Below, one piece after another: positions 24,416 through 37,649 of a DNA stretch of 64,000 bases. Both the position numbers and the translations under genes were made by a program. The stretch is from positions 3,322,236 through 3,386,235 of the forward strand of contig NC_069005.1 of assembly GCF_001194135.2 (NCBI RefSeq). Reading direction: 5' to 3'. This stretch comes from Octopus bimaculoides. Lineage: Eukaryota. How positions within the stretch are numbered: position 1 is the stretch's first letter; each line of letters starts with the position of its first letter. The notes under the pieces were generated by a model. The model had not been told where the DNA came from. It did not search any database and saw nothing but the letters and a program-made list of their open reading frames with translations.

Positions 24416-24956
24416 TTTGCACAAATTCCTTCTTCACTTTTCCTTCACTTTAAATCTAAATTATTTATTTAGTAAAGTGATGATGAGAACGATTAGATTA
24501 TGTTTTTCAGAGACAACCATGTTGCAAGGCTGTCATTTCCTTTTCTGTGCAACTTATACTTGGAAGTATATATGGCTTATGTTATTCTGTAACCTTTTAA
24601 TCGAAATATTATATGCCGCACAAGTCAAAATTATATCGAGCACACTTGTACATACCTGTTTTATAATTCTTATCTCAATGATTCTCCACGAATAACTACA
24701 TACACACGTACACACACACAGGGCTACACACACACATGTAAGCAGGTAAACACGTTTGTACACATTCATATATTGGTAGACACATTATGTGTGATATAAA
24801 CGTCAGTGTACATATAAATAAATACATATATCTAGTATGACATATATAAATAAATATATAAATATATATATATATATATATACAATGTATATATATATAT
24901 ATATATATGTATATACATATATGCATTGATATGTATGTATATATATGCATACACAC

Positions 24957-25005
<49 letters not shown>

Positions 25006-25562
25006 ATATANNNNNNNNNNNNNNNNNNNNNNNNNNNNNNNNNNNNNNNNNNNNNNNNNNNNNNNNNNNNNNNNNNNNNNNNNNNNNNNNNNNNNNNNNN
25101 NNNNNNNNNNNNNNNNNNNNNNNNNNNNNNNNNNNNNNNNNNNNNNNNNNNNNNNNNNNNNNNNNNNNNNNNNNNNNNNNNNNNNNNNNNNNNNNNNNNN
25201 NNNNNNNNNNNNNNNNNNNNNNNNNNNNNNNNNNNNNNNNNNNNNNNNNNNNNNNNNNNNNNNNNNNNNNNNNNNNNNNNNNNNNNNNNNNNNNNNNNNN
25301 NNNNNNNNNNNNNNNNNNNNNNNNNNNNNNNNNNNNNNNNNNNNNNNNNNNNNNNNNNNNNNNNNNNNNNNNNNNNNNNNNNNNNNNNNNNNNNNNNNNN
25401 NNNNNNNNNNNNNNNNNNNNNNNNNNNNNNNNNNNNNNNNNNNNNNNNNNNNNNNNNNNNNNNNNNNNNNNNNNNNNNNNNNNNNNNNNNNNNNNNNNNN
25501 NNNNNNNNNNNNNNNNNNNNNNNNNNNNATATATATATATCTGTACATTTACCTTTGCATGT

Positions 25563-25606
<44 letters not shown>

Positions 25607-26479
25607 GGTGTGAAAGAGAGTGTATACATATATGTGAGCGTTTGTTTGCATCTCTATACTCATGTAGCACTGCGTATGCGTTTGTATGCACGTGAAATAA
25701 ATGAATCATACATCGATAGTCAACGCCACTCTTCTTTTCTATATAACAATATTATTTTGCTTTAATTTTTTTCTTTATTTATATTATTTTCTGTGTTTTA
25801 TATTTTTACTCCAATCTTTTAATCTAACCAAGAAGAAAATTTCGAAATCTAATTTTCTATGAATTGTTTTACTGTAATTTCATGCTTGATCATAATATTC
25901 GGCCAGCAGATATTTTAATATCTAAATTGAAGCAGAAAATTAATTCAAACCACAACGTTATTTTGCATATGGTTTCATTTCATGTAGCACTATCTTATAA
26001 ACTATAACAAGTCCTGTATAGAAAAAGAAGGACATGAAGCGAGGAAAAGAGTGAAAGAGAAAGTGAAAGTCGGGAAAGATAAAACAAGAGAAATCGGTTG
26101 TGAAAAGAAGAGTAAAGGAAAATATAGATGGGGGGAAAAGAGAAAACGTGACTGTGAACGAGAGAGAGAGAAAGAGAGAAAATTATGATACAAGAGAAAA
26201 ATGAGGTACTGAAAGAAAAAGAAAATATAAATTTAATAAAGTTCCTTTAGTATCGCTTTAATTTTTCGTGCGACTTCTGGTATCACCAATGATCTTGAAA
26301 TACATTATACACCTTAACGAAGAGGGGAGATGTCAGTTGATAGAAAAGCTCCGGTGTTCCACTAATAGTTCATAACGTTATGTTGTCTGGACATTTTGAG
26401 TTCAAACTGTAATAGAATCAATATTACACAGGGTAGACCAAAAGGGACTGAGGGGTTTTAAATCTGTTATTCTTGTATG

Positions 26480-26657
26480 CTTTTACTTGTTTCAGTTATT
26501 TGACTGCGGCCATGCTGGAGCACCGTCTTTAGCCGAGCAAATCGACCCCAGGACTTGTTCTTTGTAAACCTATTGCTTATACTGGCGTGCTCTTTTGCCG
26601 AACAACTAAGTTACGGGGATGTAAACGCACCAGCATCGGTTGTCAAGNNNNNNNNNN

Positions 26658-26739
<82 letters not shown>

Positions 26740-26921
26740 GACGGGCTTCTTTCAGCTTCCGTCTACTAATTGTACTCACAAGCATTTGGTCGGCCCGAGG
26801 TTATAGTGGAAGACATTTACCCAAGTTGCCACAGACCAATGTGATTGGTAAGCAAGCTACTTGCCACACAGCTACACCTACGCCTATAACTAGTTACCAC
26901 ACAGCCACTCTTGAGCCTATA
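26480..26921 (-). mobile_element. SINE family B, full length, internal (CA)n(TA)n containing a 10-bp gap; duplicated 5' end
   Basis: Tail TTTTACTTGTTTCAGTTATTTGACTGCGGCCATGCTGGAGCACC; body ACGACGGGCTTCTTTCAG.TTCCGTCTAC; head GCAAGCTACTTGCCACACAGC. Confidence 0.92.
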
Positions 26922-27009
26922 AATGGAATATGACTAAGTGAAACAAGAAACTAATTAGAAAATAACGATTCTAGGGGGTTGTATTATTTTATTTTCTCTA
27001 ACTACAGTC

Positions 27010-27193
27010 ATAAGGCGAGGAATTTTATGGGTCAGGGCCAGTCAATAACCCCCGGGGGGTCACTGGTTGACTGGAACTTGCTCATGGACCCCAAAATGGT
27101 GAAGAACAACATCGGTGGAATTTGAATTCAAAACGCGAAGACGAGAAGAATACCGCTAAGCATGGCAAAATTCCTACCAACCCATCGCCATTG
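27010..27193 (-). mobile_element. Degraded SINE family A
   Basis: GGTGGAATTTGAATTCAAAACGCGAAGACG...AATACCGCTAAGCAT. Confidence 0.65.
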
Positions 27194-27730
27194 CGAGGAG
27201 AGATAATAAGAATAAGAACGGAACATGTACTCAGTTGTCTCCCGTCCTCGCCCAAATGATCAAAATAAAGTCAGTGATCAAGATAATGCTGCGTTGTTTC
27301 TTTTCTTTTTACTGGAGATATAAAGCAACAAGAAGCAGGAGATTGGAATTAACTACATAATTAAAATGCTTAAAATACCTTAATGAAACAGATAGAGTAC
27401 AACATAGTTTAATGAAAAAATGCTGAGGAAAGAAAATAATTAACGCAATTGATTTATAATGAAAACATAATTAATATGCAAATATTAAGTAATCGGCATC
27501 AATATACCAGATCGACGACGAATATATTATAATTGATTTTCAAAAAAGAAACGGTTAGTTAATTAGCATAATTTAACTGAAAACAAAAAAGAAAAATGCC
27601 TACAATACAAGTATACTACTAAGTTATTACACAAACACACACATACACATAGACAAAGAGACTCATGGAATGTAGGTCCATAGTTTATATATAGTCAACA
27701 GGAAAAATGAAAGTAGCAACGTAACATCGA

Positions 27731-27821
<91 letters not shown>

Positions 27822-27983
27822 AATGCATACATACATACATGTATACATGCATAACATACAACCACCTCCCACTTACACGTTAATCACGACACGATAAATT
27901 ACCACGCTGCTCCCGATGAAATTTGTTCTCAAAATATAAAAAAAAACACTGAACTACTACTACTGCTACTAGTACTGATAATC

Positions 27984-27984
<1 letters not shown>

Positions 27985-28041
<57 letters not shown>

Positions 28042-28091
28042 CAGTAGTAGTAGTAGTAGTAGTTGTAGTAGTAGTAGTAGTAGTTGTTGTT

Positions 28092-28160
<69 letters not shown>

Positions 28161-28166
28161 ATAATG

Positions 28167-28210
<44 letters not shown>
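27985..28210. repeat. (TAG)n followed by (TAA)n
   Basis: Directly visible repeat. Confidence 0.95.
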
Positions 28211-28367
28211 TCACGCGATAATTAACAATCAAGTATCAAAGCTTATAATATGCGGAAAGAGACCATGTGAGACCTCTGACAACTGCCTGGTGTCCGCTCT
28301 CAAAGAATCTACCAGAACGTAAAAAGACCGAAATGTTCTGCGAAGTAAAGCATTCTTCTTTTTTTTT

Positions 28368-28539
<172 letters not shown>

Positions 28540-28544
28540 GTCGT

Positions 28545-28982
28545 AGTAGAAATTTTATGATTCAGTGCGATCATGAGATAGAAAATATGAAACTAGATGC
28601 AGTGTTAATTGAGAAAGGAAGCAAACGATACTGCATCATAGATATAGCATGCCCAACTGACAACAAGGTATGCGATAAGGAAGAAAGAAAAGTCAATAGA
28701 TATGACAAGGCCAGCTTGGGAGGTTAAGAAGTTATGGTCGATGAGAAAGGTGGTAGTAGTAACAATAATTGTCGGAGCCCTGAGAAGAGTGAGTAAAAAT
28801 CTGGAGACGTGCATGGAACAAATAGGGGCTGCAATAAGGGTGGCGCACTTGCAGAAAATTACATGTTTAACCCATCGAATACTCTGGGTGGTGCTCGAAA
28901 AATAAGGTGTGTTACCTTAGTTCACTGGTAGTGAACAACTGGCACCGTAGTACTTCTCCGGCGTTAGAAGCCGTACAAATAC

Positions 28983-29059
<77 letters not shown>
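28545..29059 (+). mobile_element. R4/Dong-clade LINE 3' fragment (endonuclease end, 3'UTR, long (AAT)n tail)
   Basis: Translation NFMIQCDHEIENMKLDAVLIEK..YCIIDIACPTDNKVCDKEERKVNRYD, frameshift, AWEVKKLWSMRKVVVVTIIVGAL..HLQKI..HRILWVVLEK* (stop 28903-28905); (AAT)n from 28983 to 29059. Confidence 0.88.
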
Positions 29060-29060
<1 letters not shown>

Positions 29061-29324
29061 GAAAATTATAACCAGGTACTAGAACAAATCCAGAAATCCA
29101 GAAAATTTAATTGGTGCTAAGAGAAACATTGTTAAACGAATTTACCTGATTTACATAATGGTGAAATATTCCAAATTCAACAGAATCTTCTTTCGTCAGT
29201 CATACAACATTGCCAGCCATAAATGCCACCGATAGTAAGATGCCAAAGTTTTTATTGCTTGAGGTCTATGGGTAAAAGTTGGAACCGCTCGTATATAAGA
29301 GGGCAGCAAAGTAATAACGATAAC

Positions 29325-29420
29325 GTTGGTGATGACGATAATGATGATGATGATGACGACGACGACGACGACGACGCCGCCGACGATGATGATGATGATC
29401 ATGATGATGATCATCATCAT
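29325..29420. repeat. (GAT)n/(GAC)n microsatellite
   Basis: Directly visible repeat. Confidence 0.9.
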
Positions 29421-29539
29421 GAGGTCGAGATGACAATGATGATGAAAAACGCGTTTGGTGAATATAATTATATTTGAAATAATGATTGTCATCAGTATAA
29501 AATATTTGTAAAAATTATTACTATTAATGAAAGAAACGA

Positions 29540-29760
29540 AGAGTGGCGATCCGCAATAATCGTTAGCATACGGGTTCAACTCCTCACTTGCTTTACGTCC
29601 GTCTTTACGTTCTGAGTTCAAACTACACCGAGATTACCTTCGCCTTTCGTCTCTTTTATGGTCGATATAACTGTACCAGTCGAGCAGTGGGGTTTGATTT
29701 TGGTCACCTTGCCCACTACTTCCCCGAAATTCCTGGCATTGTGCCAAAATTTGGAACCGA
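29540..29760 (+). mobile_element. SINE family A, tail type A3
   Basis: GTCCGTCTTTACGTTCTGAGTTCAAA...CGCCTTTC...GGTCGATA...GTACCAG...TTGTGCCAAAATTTGGAACC. Confidence 0.8.
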
Positions 29761-30429
29761 TATTAATAATAGAAAAGATGAAAAGTAAGAAACGATTGAA
29801 GAAGAGCAAATAAGAACATAAATATTGAGGAGAACAAGAAGAACGAATAAAAGAACAAAGAGCACCTCTTGAAAAATAAGAGTAGTAATATTTTTAATCA
29901 ATGCTTCACTAATGAAAATACACTCCAGTATTTTTGAGGAAACAGAAATTTTTATTAGTAGAAATTATCTTGTTTACCTCATAAACTATTTATGATCTGA
30001 ATCTCGTCTTAATGTTCAATCTTTCTTCTTGGCGCTGGTTTCTTTCTGAGTTTCTTTCTGATATTTTCTTCTTTTTTTTTTTGTTTCATTTGTTCATCTT
30101 CCGTTGTGTATGACTCAAAATTATCGTTCCGTATTTTTCCAATATATTTCTTTACGTGTCAATCTCTTCATATTCTCTATTATCCATTACAGACTTATGT
30201 ACACAGATTTTAGATTTTCGCGTTTCATGATTCTTTGTGTCTTTGTATTTGGTTGACATTTTCCATTTTCATTCATCTCTTATCCTTTCTTCTGTATTGT
30301 GTCGTGTTCTATCTTTATTTTGTTTTTTTTTTACTATTTTCTCCAAATTTATCTCAGCAAGGAAAAAAATATGCATGAACCCATTTAAAACATTTAATAA
30401 AAATACGAAGAATAATTATATTAACATTG

Positions 30430-30548
30430 ACAACAACGACAATAATAATGATAATAATAACAACAATAACAACAACAGTAATGATAACAACAACAACAAC
30501 AACAACAATAATAATAATAATGATAATAATAATGCTAATAACAATAAT
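30430..30548. repeat. Mixed (AAC)/(AAT) microsatellite
   Basis: Directly visible repeat. Confidence 0.9.
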
Positions 30549-31082
30549 GGCTGCTCACATGGAACGCAGCAATAAAATCTTTGAGAAGGTGCAGAATAGA
30601 TAACGGAGTGAAATATACAGTTATAATAATGAAGGCTGCTGAACCGGGCATATAATGTAACATGAAAAATTAAAAGAAAAAAGAAAACTTATAGCACAGA
30701 TGGATAATCAAAGAGCATTTGATATCATAACGCACTTTTAGATATTAGGGAGACTATCTACAGATACAGCATTTTCGAAAGGAAGACTGCATATTATTCA
30801 TATCAAAAGCGATAAAAATATTAATATAAGTTAATAGAAAGTGGTCTATTCCCGTAGGGAAGGAATATTTTGCTAAAAATCCTATTCTCATGAACCTACC
30901 AAAGGTACATCGAGGGTCACTTCACTGTAATTTCAGAGGATTTCACATTTATATTTGGTTTGCATGATTCTTTGTGTAGAAGTGTGCCTCAAAAGAGATT
31001 CCGTTGTGCCTCTGCGGATCAGTGTTCCAAGAGGCGTATGCGGACTTTTTTCACATTCGCTTTTATTATTAATCCGTATGTT

Positions 31083-31524
31083 AAAGGCGTCGAGCTGGCA
31101 GAATCTTTAGCATGCCGGGCGAAATGCTTCGCACTATTTTGCCCGTCTTTACGTTCTGAGTTCAAATTACACCGAATTCGACCTTGCCTTTCATCTTTTC
31201 GGAGTCAATAGAATAAGCTCAAGTTGCGTACTGGGCTCGATCTAATCTACTGGCCCACTCCCACCAAATTTTGGGCCTTGTGCCTAGAGTAGAAACGTAT
31301 ATTAAAGGCAACGAGCTAGCAGAATCTTTAGCACGCTGGTAAAAATGCTTAGCATTATTTTGTCCGTCTTTACGTTCTGAGTTCAAATGCCACCGAAGTT
31401 GATTTTGCCTTTCATCTTTTCGGGGTCGATAAAATGAAACCAGAGTAAACAGTGGGGTCGATGAAATTGACTGGGCCCCTCCTTCAAAATTTCATACCTT
31501 GTGCTTTTAGTAGAAAGGATTATT
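31083..31524 (+). mobile_element. Two head-to-tail SINE family A copies, tail type A1 (31083-31295 and 31304-31524)
   Basis: Both begin AAAGGC..CGAGCT.GCAGAATCTTTAGCA and end AGTAGAAA. Confidence 0.92.
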
Positions 31525-32992
31525 ATACTAACATTTTTTAATATTATATTTTATTTTTCGCAACACTGAAATCAATAACAAATTTACTCTATGCGCCTGA
31601 CATTCAAGCTAAATGCTACAAACGAAAAATAAAACTATTTCCTGTTAATGGATTGCTTCAGCAAATTCCCAGAATGCAAATCCAACTGGTGAACCTACAA
31701 AGATATATACAGGAATTTAGCCAGTATATAAATGGGAGTGTTTTGTTAGAAAAATACAGCGATGATACTCGAAGGATTATTTTAAATGATTTATAACCGA
31801 TAGCACAAAATGATGTACAAACACCGAAATGTGACACCAGGACCAGCGATAGACATACTTGGAAATAAATGGATTTGATAAAACGATGCATTCAAATATA
31901 ACGGTAAAATTAGAAACGAATGCCAATGTGCAATGCATAAAATGACGTGACATATATAAAATGTCAAAAGGTCAGTTCTGGAAGGAGGATAACAGGTATA
32001 AACACACACAATCCAACCAAAAATATAGCAAGTATTAAAGCTTCAGTATAATAATTTAATGAAATTAAGATTTTAGATAATAAAAGTACAATTATATCGA
32101 AAAACCGCTATAAATTGGATAAAGCTATCCTGCAAAGGAAGCCTAAATGTAATTATGAGCCGTGCGAAAGTAAAAACACTGAATTTAGAGAAAACATTGG
32201 TGCCAATTAAATGTATCAGCTTCGGTGAGGTAAGGATTTTAAATATAAACAACCTTCAAGGTATAAAATAATTAAAACGAATATAACAGAAAAATAAAAA
32301 AAATCAGGAAGAAAAGTAGTTAAAGGAAATCAATGTGGGAATCCAAATAGAAAAGAAATAAAAAACAGTAGGGAGGGGAAAACAATTGAAGCAAAACCTG
32401 AAATTGGTTTGAAAATCAGAAATGACAAGAAAACTCGAAACGAAACTCAGAAACGGAAGAAAAGTATTTAAACTGCGTAGCCATAAACAAATACAAAAGG
32501 CTGACTACAAATGAAAGCAACGAAATCACTACAAGAATCCATCGATCAGCACATAGAAATAATCGATCACACCAATTCTGGCTGACCGTTATTTGGAATA
32601 ATAGAATGTAGTGATGTATGCAACTTGTTCTCATTCACGTTCATCACGGTGAAGAGTGAGATATAAACTCATGAGTGATTAAGTAAATACACGAAAGCGG
32701 CATTTCTATTCAGATAAAATTCATGTAGTTTGATATAATTCAGTACATATTATACTTTCTCCTTTCTCATTTATGAAGGTAGCGGCTAACTTGGGAGAGA
32801 TTTGACTGCTACTACTAGCGATTACTTTGAACTGTATTTTTCGTTGTTACAGCCACGTAAACCTTAGCTAACATACAATTTTCGTTTTACAATCCAAAAA
32901 GAGACGGCTTCATGGACATCAAGTGCACGGAGTGCAAATTCTGATAGAGTGGATGTTCGCATAAAACCCTTTTGTAAACAAACCTGTTTTCG

Positions 32993-33035
32993 TGTCGACG
33001 AGAGTTTCGGACTGTTTCGAGTTCGTATCAAGACA
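32993..33035 (-). ncRNA. Decayed type I hammerhead ribozyme motif
   Basis: Minus strand UGUC-UUGAUAC-GAACU-CGAAAC-AGUCC-GAAA-C-UCUC-G-UC-GACA: stems I, II and III in canonical order, intact GAAAC and GUC triplet. The 7-nt CUGAUGA box differs at 3 positions. Confidence 0.45.
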
Positions 33036-34107
33036 GCAAGTTATAAGCAAAATAAACAAATGACTTGTTGAAAAGAGGAGTTGATGAGGTTAAATCATTT
33101 CCATCTTATGGAGTAGGACAAGCGATTTCGATGATGGATATTACATCAACTTAACAGATATTTATTTTTCGACATCACGAGAGTGAAACGTTAATGCGTT
33201 ATAGGAAAAAAGAGTAGATAAACGTAACTAGATGACTGTATGACACTTGTCATTTTAGCTATTGTGACAACCAGTTCATACGTTTCCACTTATTACACAG
33301 TTACGTTGTTAATAGATTACATTCAATAAAGCTTACAGAATTCGAAATAAGACAGAAACACAGGCAAACTCTGTTTTCAAAATCATTGCATACTTAAGGC
33401 GAATATCTAACTGGTTAAACTGGAATATCATGCGCGTTTATTTAAGAAAGAGTAGGTAATGAAACCCATTTATTTTGAACTACGTCAGAGACCTACAAAG
33501 CTGAAATTATTGCTTGTTTTCTTCATCGTCCTTCCATCATCTTGTAATGCTCTCCTCCTTCCAGTTCTGACTTTCTAATCTGTTCTCTTTTCTGAATTGC
33601 CTTCTCATCGTCTTTCATTCTCAATACTTACTCTCAACTATAATTCAGATTTTCTCTTAATCTCCTGTCTTACTTTCACACTTACCAACTTCCCTTTTAC
33701 ACTAAGCCTGCAAGAGTGTATGCCCGGCAGAAATATATGATTTGCATATATTATATTCTATCTTATTCTATTTATCATCTTTCCATACTTTTCTCATCTT
33801 ATTGTAATTCTTTTCTTTTATTACAATACACTTAGAAAATGAAACACCTTTTCTGTTCCTCTCATTATTGTTTTGTTACCACGACAGACGTTTATTTTCA
33901 TTGAAGCTGTTCTATAGTTGTCGGCATTTCATTTCTACGGTTTATTGCAACGCGTGTTTTGTTGTGTAACATCATACTTTTATTTCTTTGGTCCCCCATT
34001 ACTTCAGATTCTTCCTTGTTTTATCTGTTTTGTTTCTCTTCGTCTGCTTCTCCAAGCATATACATAATGATGTATATATATGCATATGTATACATACATA
34101 TATACAT

Positions 34108-34154
<47 letters not shown>

Positions 34155-35209
34155 NNNNNNNNNNNNNNNNNNNNNNNNNNNNNNNNNNNNNNNNNNNNNN
34201 NNNNNNNNNNNNNNNNNNNNNNNNNNNNNNNNNNNNNNNNNNNNNNNNNNNNNNNNNNNNNNNNNNNNNNNNNNNNNNNNNNNNNNNNNNNNNNNNNNNN
34301 NNNNNNNNNNNNNNNNNNNNNNNNNNNNNNNNNNNNNNNNNNNNNNNNNNNNNNNNNNNNNNNNNNNNNNNNNNNNNNNNNNNNNNNNNNNNNNNNNNNN
34401 NNNNNNNNNNNNNNNNNNNNNNNNNNNNNNNNNNNNNNNNNNNNNNNNNNNNNNNNNNNNNNNNNNNNNNNNNNNNNNNNNNNNNNNNNNNNNNNNNNNN
34501 NNNNNNNNNNNNNNNNNNNNNNNNNNNNNNNNNNNNNNNNNNNTATATACATATATGTATATATACATATATATACATATATGTACATACTCATAGATAC
34601 ACATATATAAATATAGTCTTCTATATTTCTATTTCAATATATCTCGTTGCTATAGCAACAGATTGCTCGCTATATATGTAGGTATATCTATTCTAATGTT
34701 ATAAAATATACGAGGAAACTCCTGTAGGAAATTCAAATATCAATATTAAAATACATCGCCATATTTTAGTGATTTTGAGTGCGTCTGATTCTTCCTTCAT
34801 ATCCCCGTAATTAAAGGAAATAAATCGCGCCCGCCGAGCCGTTCTATTTATATGCAGTTTTAGACTGTACAACACTCGTAATATATGTTATATGTTTCTC
34901 ACTTGCGTTTATTTCTTCTTTTTCGTCTTTCATCCTTCGTCGTTTGTTCTCACATCGTTTGTCTTTCAATTTCTATTAGAAACTCACATCGTATTCTCGT
35001 TTATACACTTGATTATATCTTTTATTCCCCTCTCTCTCTGTCTCTCTCGCACTCATTATGCCTTACTCTCTCTTTCTCTGTCTCTCTTTCTATTTGTTTA
35101 ACTTCCTCTACATTCCTCCCAGCGTTTTTCCCTAAAATTTCTCTATTTCTCTTATCGTTTTTATATAATTTCAATTTGCGAAACACTTCACCAAACTTCC
35201 TGTATCACT

Positions 35210-35492
35210 TTTATTCTCTCACTTATTTCAGTCATATGACTGCGGCCATGCTGGAGCATCGCCTGTAGTCGAACAAATAGACCCCATTCATTGTAAGCCT
35301 AGTAATTATTCTATAGGGCTCTTTTGCAGAACCGCTAACATACGTTGACGTAAGACACACCAACATCGGTTGTCAAGCAATGGTGGTGGGGACAGACAAA
35401 GACACAGACACACAGAGATATATACAGCATGGGACTTCAGTTTCCGTGTACCAAATCTACTCACAAAGCTTTGGACGGCCTGGTGCTATATA
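35210..35492 (-). mobile_element. SINE family B lacking its tRNA head, interrupted by (AAT)n at 35494-35585
   Basis: CAGTCATATGACTGCGGCCATGCTGGAGCA...CATCGGTTGTCAAGC...CAGTTTCCGTGTACCAAATCTACTCACAAAGCTTTGG. Confidence 0.88.
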
Positions 35493-35569
<77 letters not shown>

Positions 35570-35597
35570 TAATAATAATAATAAATATACAGAAGAG

Positions 35598-35671
35598 CAC
35601 TGCTTCTGCAGATTTTCACCTATCCTGGAGGGATATAGTAGGTAACACCCGCGATAGTCGAGGGACTATTG
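35598..35671 (-). mobile_element. Solo terminal fragment of the 14837 MITE family
   Basis: Reverse complement CAATAGTCCCTCGACTATCGCGGGTGTTAC matches the 14837 left end CAGTAATTCCTCGACTATCGCGGGTTTTAC. Confidence 0.75.
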
Positions 35672-35709
35672 CATGTATGTATGAATGTATGTATTCATCT
35701 ACGTATATA

Positions 35710-35900
35710 CAGACCTGCTGGTCAGGGCTAAACAGCAAAATAGAAAAAAATGATGGAATACAGTCAAGAGCGCACAGGGCTCTTCCTCGAAATGCAGTCG
35801 ATGGAAAATCCATAAACGCATTCTATGAGGGAATAGCGGTAAGGAAGTGCGATGAGGTTTTTGGTGAGATTCTTGTCGGCGAAGAACATCAACTGACTTG
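35710..35900 (+). mobile_element. Possible decayed LINE post-RT fragment (L2/Rex/Crack-like)
   Basis: Open frame CWSGLNSKIEKNDGIQSRAHRAL...EILVGEEHQL resembles the W...LE.IQ.RA.R.I and IL....HPL motifs downstream of RT in APE-type LINEs. Similarity is short and weak. Confidence 0.35.
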
Positions 35901-36402
35901 TTGCGTTTGGGGACTGAGTGGAGTGCGAACGGATAATTGCCAGAAAAAAACTTAGAATGTTAGTGCCATTATCAACATTGGAATATCGAATCTTAAAAGT
36001 GAAGTCTGCTATTATTATTTGTTACGTGCATAAATTAAGGATATGATTCTGTGTGGAATCATCCATTTGCTGGTAGGACTACAGCAGGCTTAAACTTCGA
36101 AATCACTGTCGCCTCTCTCCTTGTAAAAGTAGAACAATTATGTACTCAGAAAAATCAATTGAATAACCCTATAGTTAAATTGCTTTCATCGCAACTCGAC
36201 ATCAACGAAATATTAATATACATATAGATAAAAATACACTTGTGTGCTTTTAAATACATAGATAGATAGATAGATAGATACATACATACATATATACACG
36301 CACATCCACACATTCACATACACACCAATATATATATATATATATATATATTGGTGCACCAGCATGACCGCAGCCACTTGGCTAAAACACATAAATAAAT
36401 AA

Positions 36403-36439
<37 letters not shown>

Positions 36440-36868
36440 TATATATATAGATATAGATATACAAAAAAAAATTAACTTATTCGATATATATGTATATACA
36501 TAGCAATAATACTACGACCGTTTTTGCTTCTTTGAATTTTATACTTAGAGTAATTGGCCACCCCCATATAAAATATTTATTACCAAAGACTTTTTAAAGA
36601 GGCGAAATAGTCTAGTAAAAAGAGAAAATGAAAAACCAGGCATCAATGGCGGACAGTACTACCATCCCCGTCCATCTCATCCACGATGTAACGCGCTGAC
36701 AGTTTTAAGAGATTTTTCACTGAGAGGATGTCGCCTATATACATTTCAGTACTGGATAATATTCTGCCTATTGCTTTATCATAAACTTAAGATAATATCA
36801 TCTGTTGTCATTTTAATAGTCTTCTTATTCATACACGCATACACACATCCATAGAAATGTGTATACAC

Positions 36869-36960
<92 letters not shown>

Positions 36961-37020
36961 ATATATATATATACATAAATATATATATATCATTATATAC
37001 ACACATATACATATATTCAT

Positions 37021-37066
<46 letters not shown>

Positions 37067-37449
37067 TTGTATGAATGTATGTATTCCCATCGTTGCCATT
37101 TTGCTGAGGTTGTATATGAGTACAATTAACTGTATCTATGTATACATAAGAAATTGCGAATATTTATTTATAATGGTGGGAAGGCCTACTTAAGTCAATG
37201 GCATTTTTTTCGAATATATATTGATACACACGTATATATGTGCTTACATGCACGCGAGTGTGTGTGTGTGTGTGCGAGTGTGTATGTATGTGCATGTCCC
37301 TGTACTTGTCTGTGTGCGTGTGTACACATACATTCGTACAATATAAATGTGTGTACGTTTGTGATTACGTTATCTATATATACGTATTTCATTTCTACAT
37401 AAAGTACAATGCTATATTTTAGCTTAGTTTCCTGATATATTCAATTGCA

Positions 37450-37491
<42 letters not shown>

Positions 37492-37609
37492 GCGCACATA
37501 TATATCTGAACGGTCACTCATGTGGCCTCATATTTCCGCATGCGTACACTTACATTTTCACACACAATCGCACTTATGTAAGTCCGTATGTGTATTTGTA
37601 TATATAAAT

Positions 37610-37649
37610 ATAGCCCAGGCTAACAGGCTAGCCTGATAGCCTTGGCTAT
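37610..37649. repeat. 40-bp near-perfect palindrome (18 of 20 pairs)
   Basis: ATAGCCCAGGCTAACAGGCT|AGCCTGATAGCCTTGGCTAT; mismatches only at 37623/37636 and 37616/37643. Confidence 0.9.

Noticed and set aside
31650-32000. Possible GIY-YIG/Penelope ORF relic (PTKIYTG)
   Set aside because: The similarity is limited to a few residues amid many stops.
33686-33707. 22-nt minus-strand microexon candidate (CTCTTGCAG|...|GTAAGT)
   Set aside because: Not frame-symmetric, and no partner exons are identifiable.
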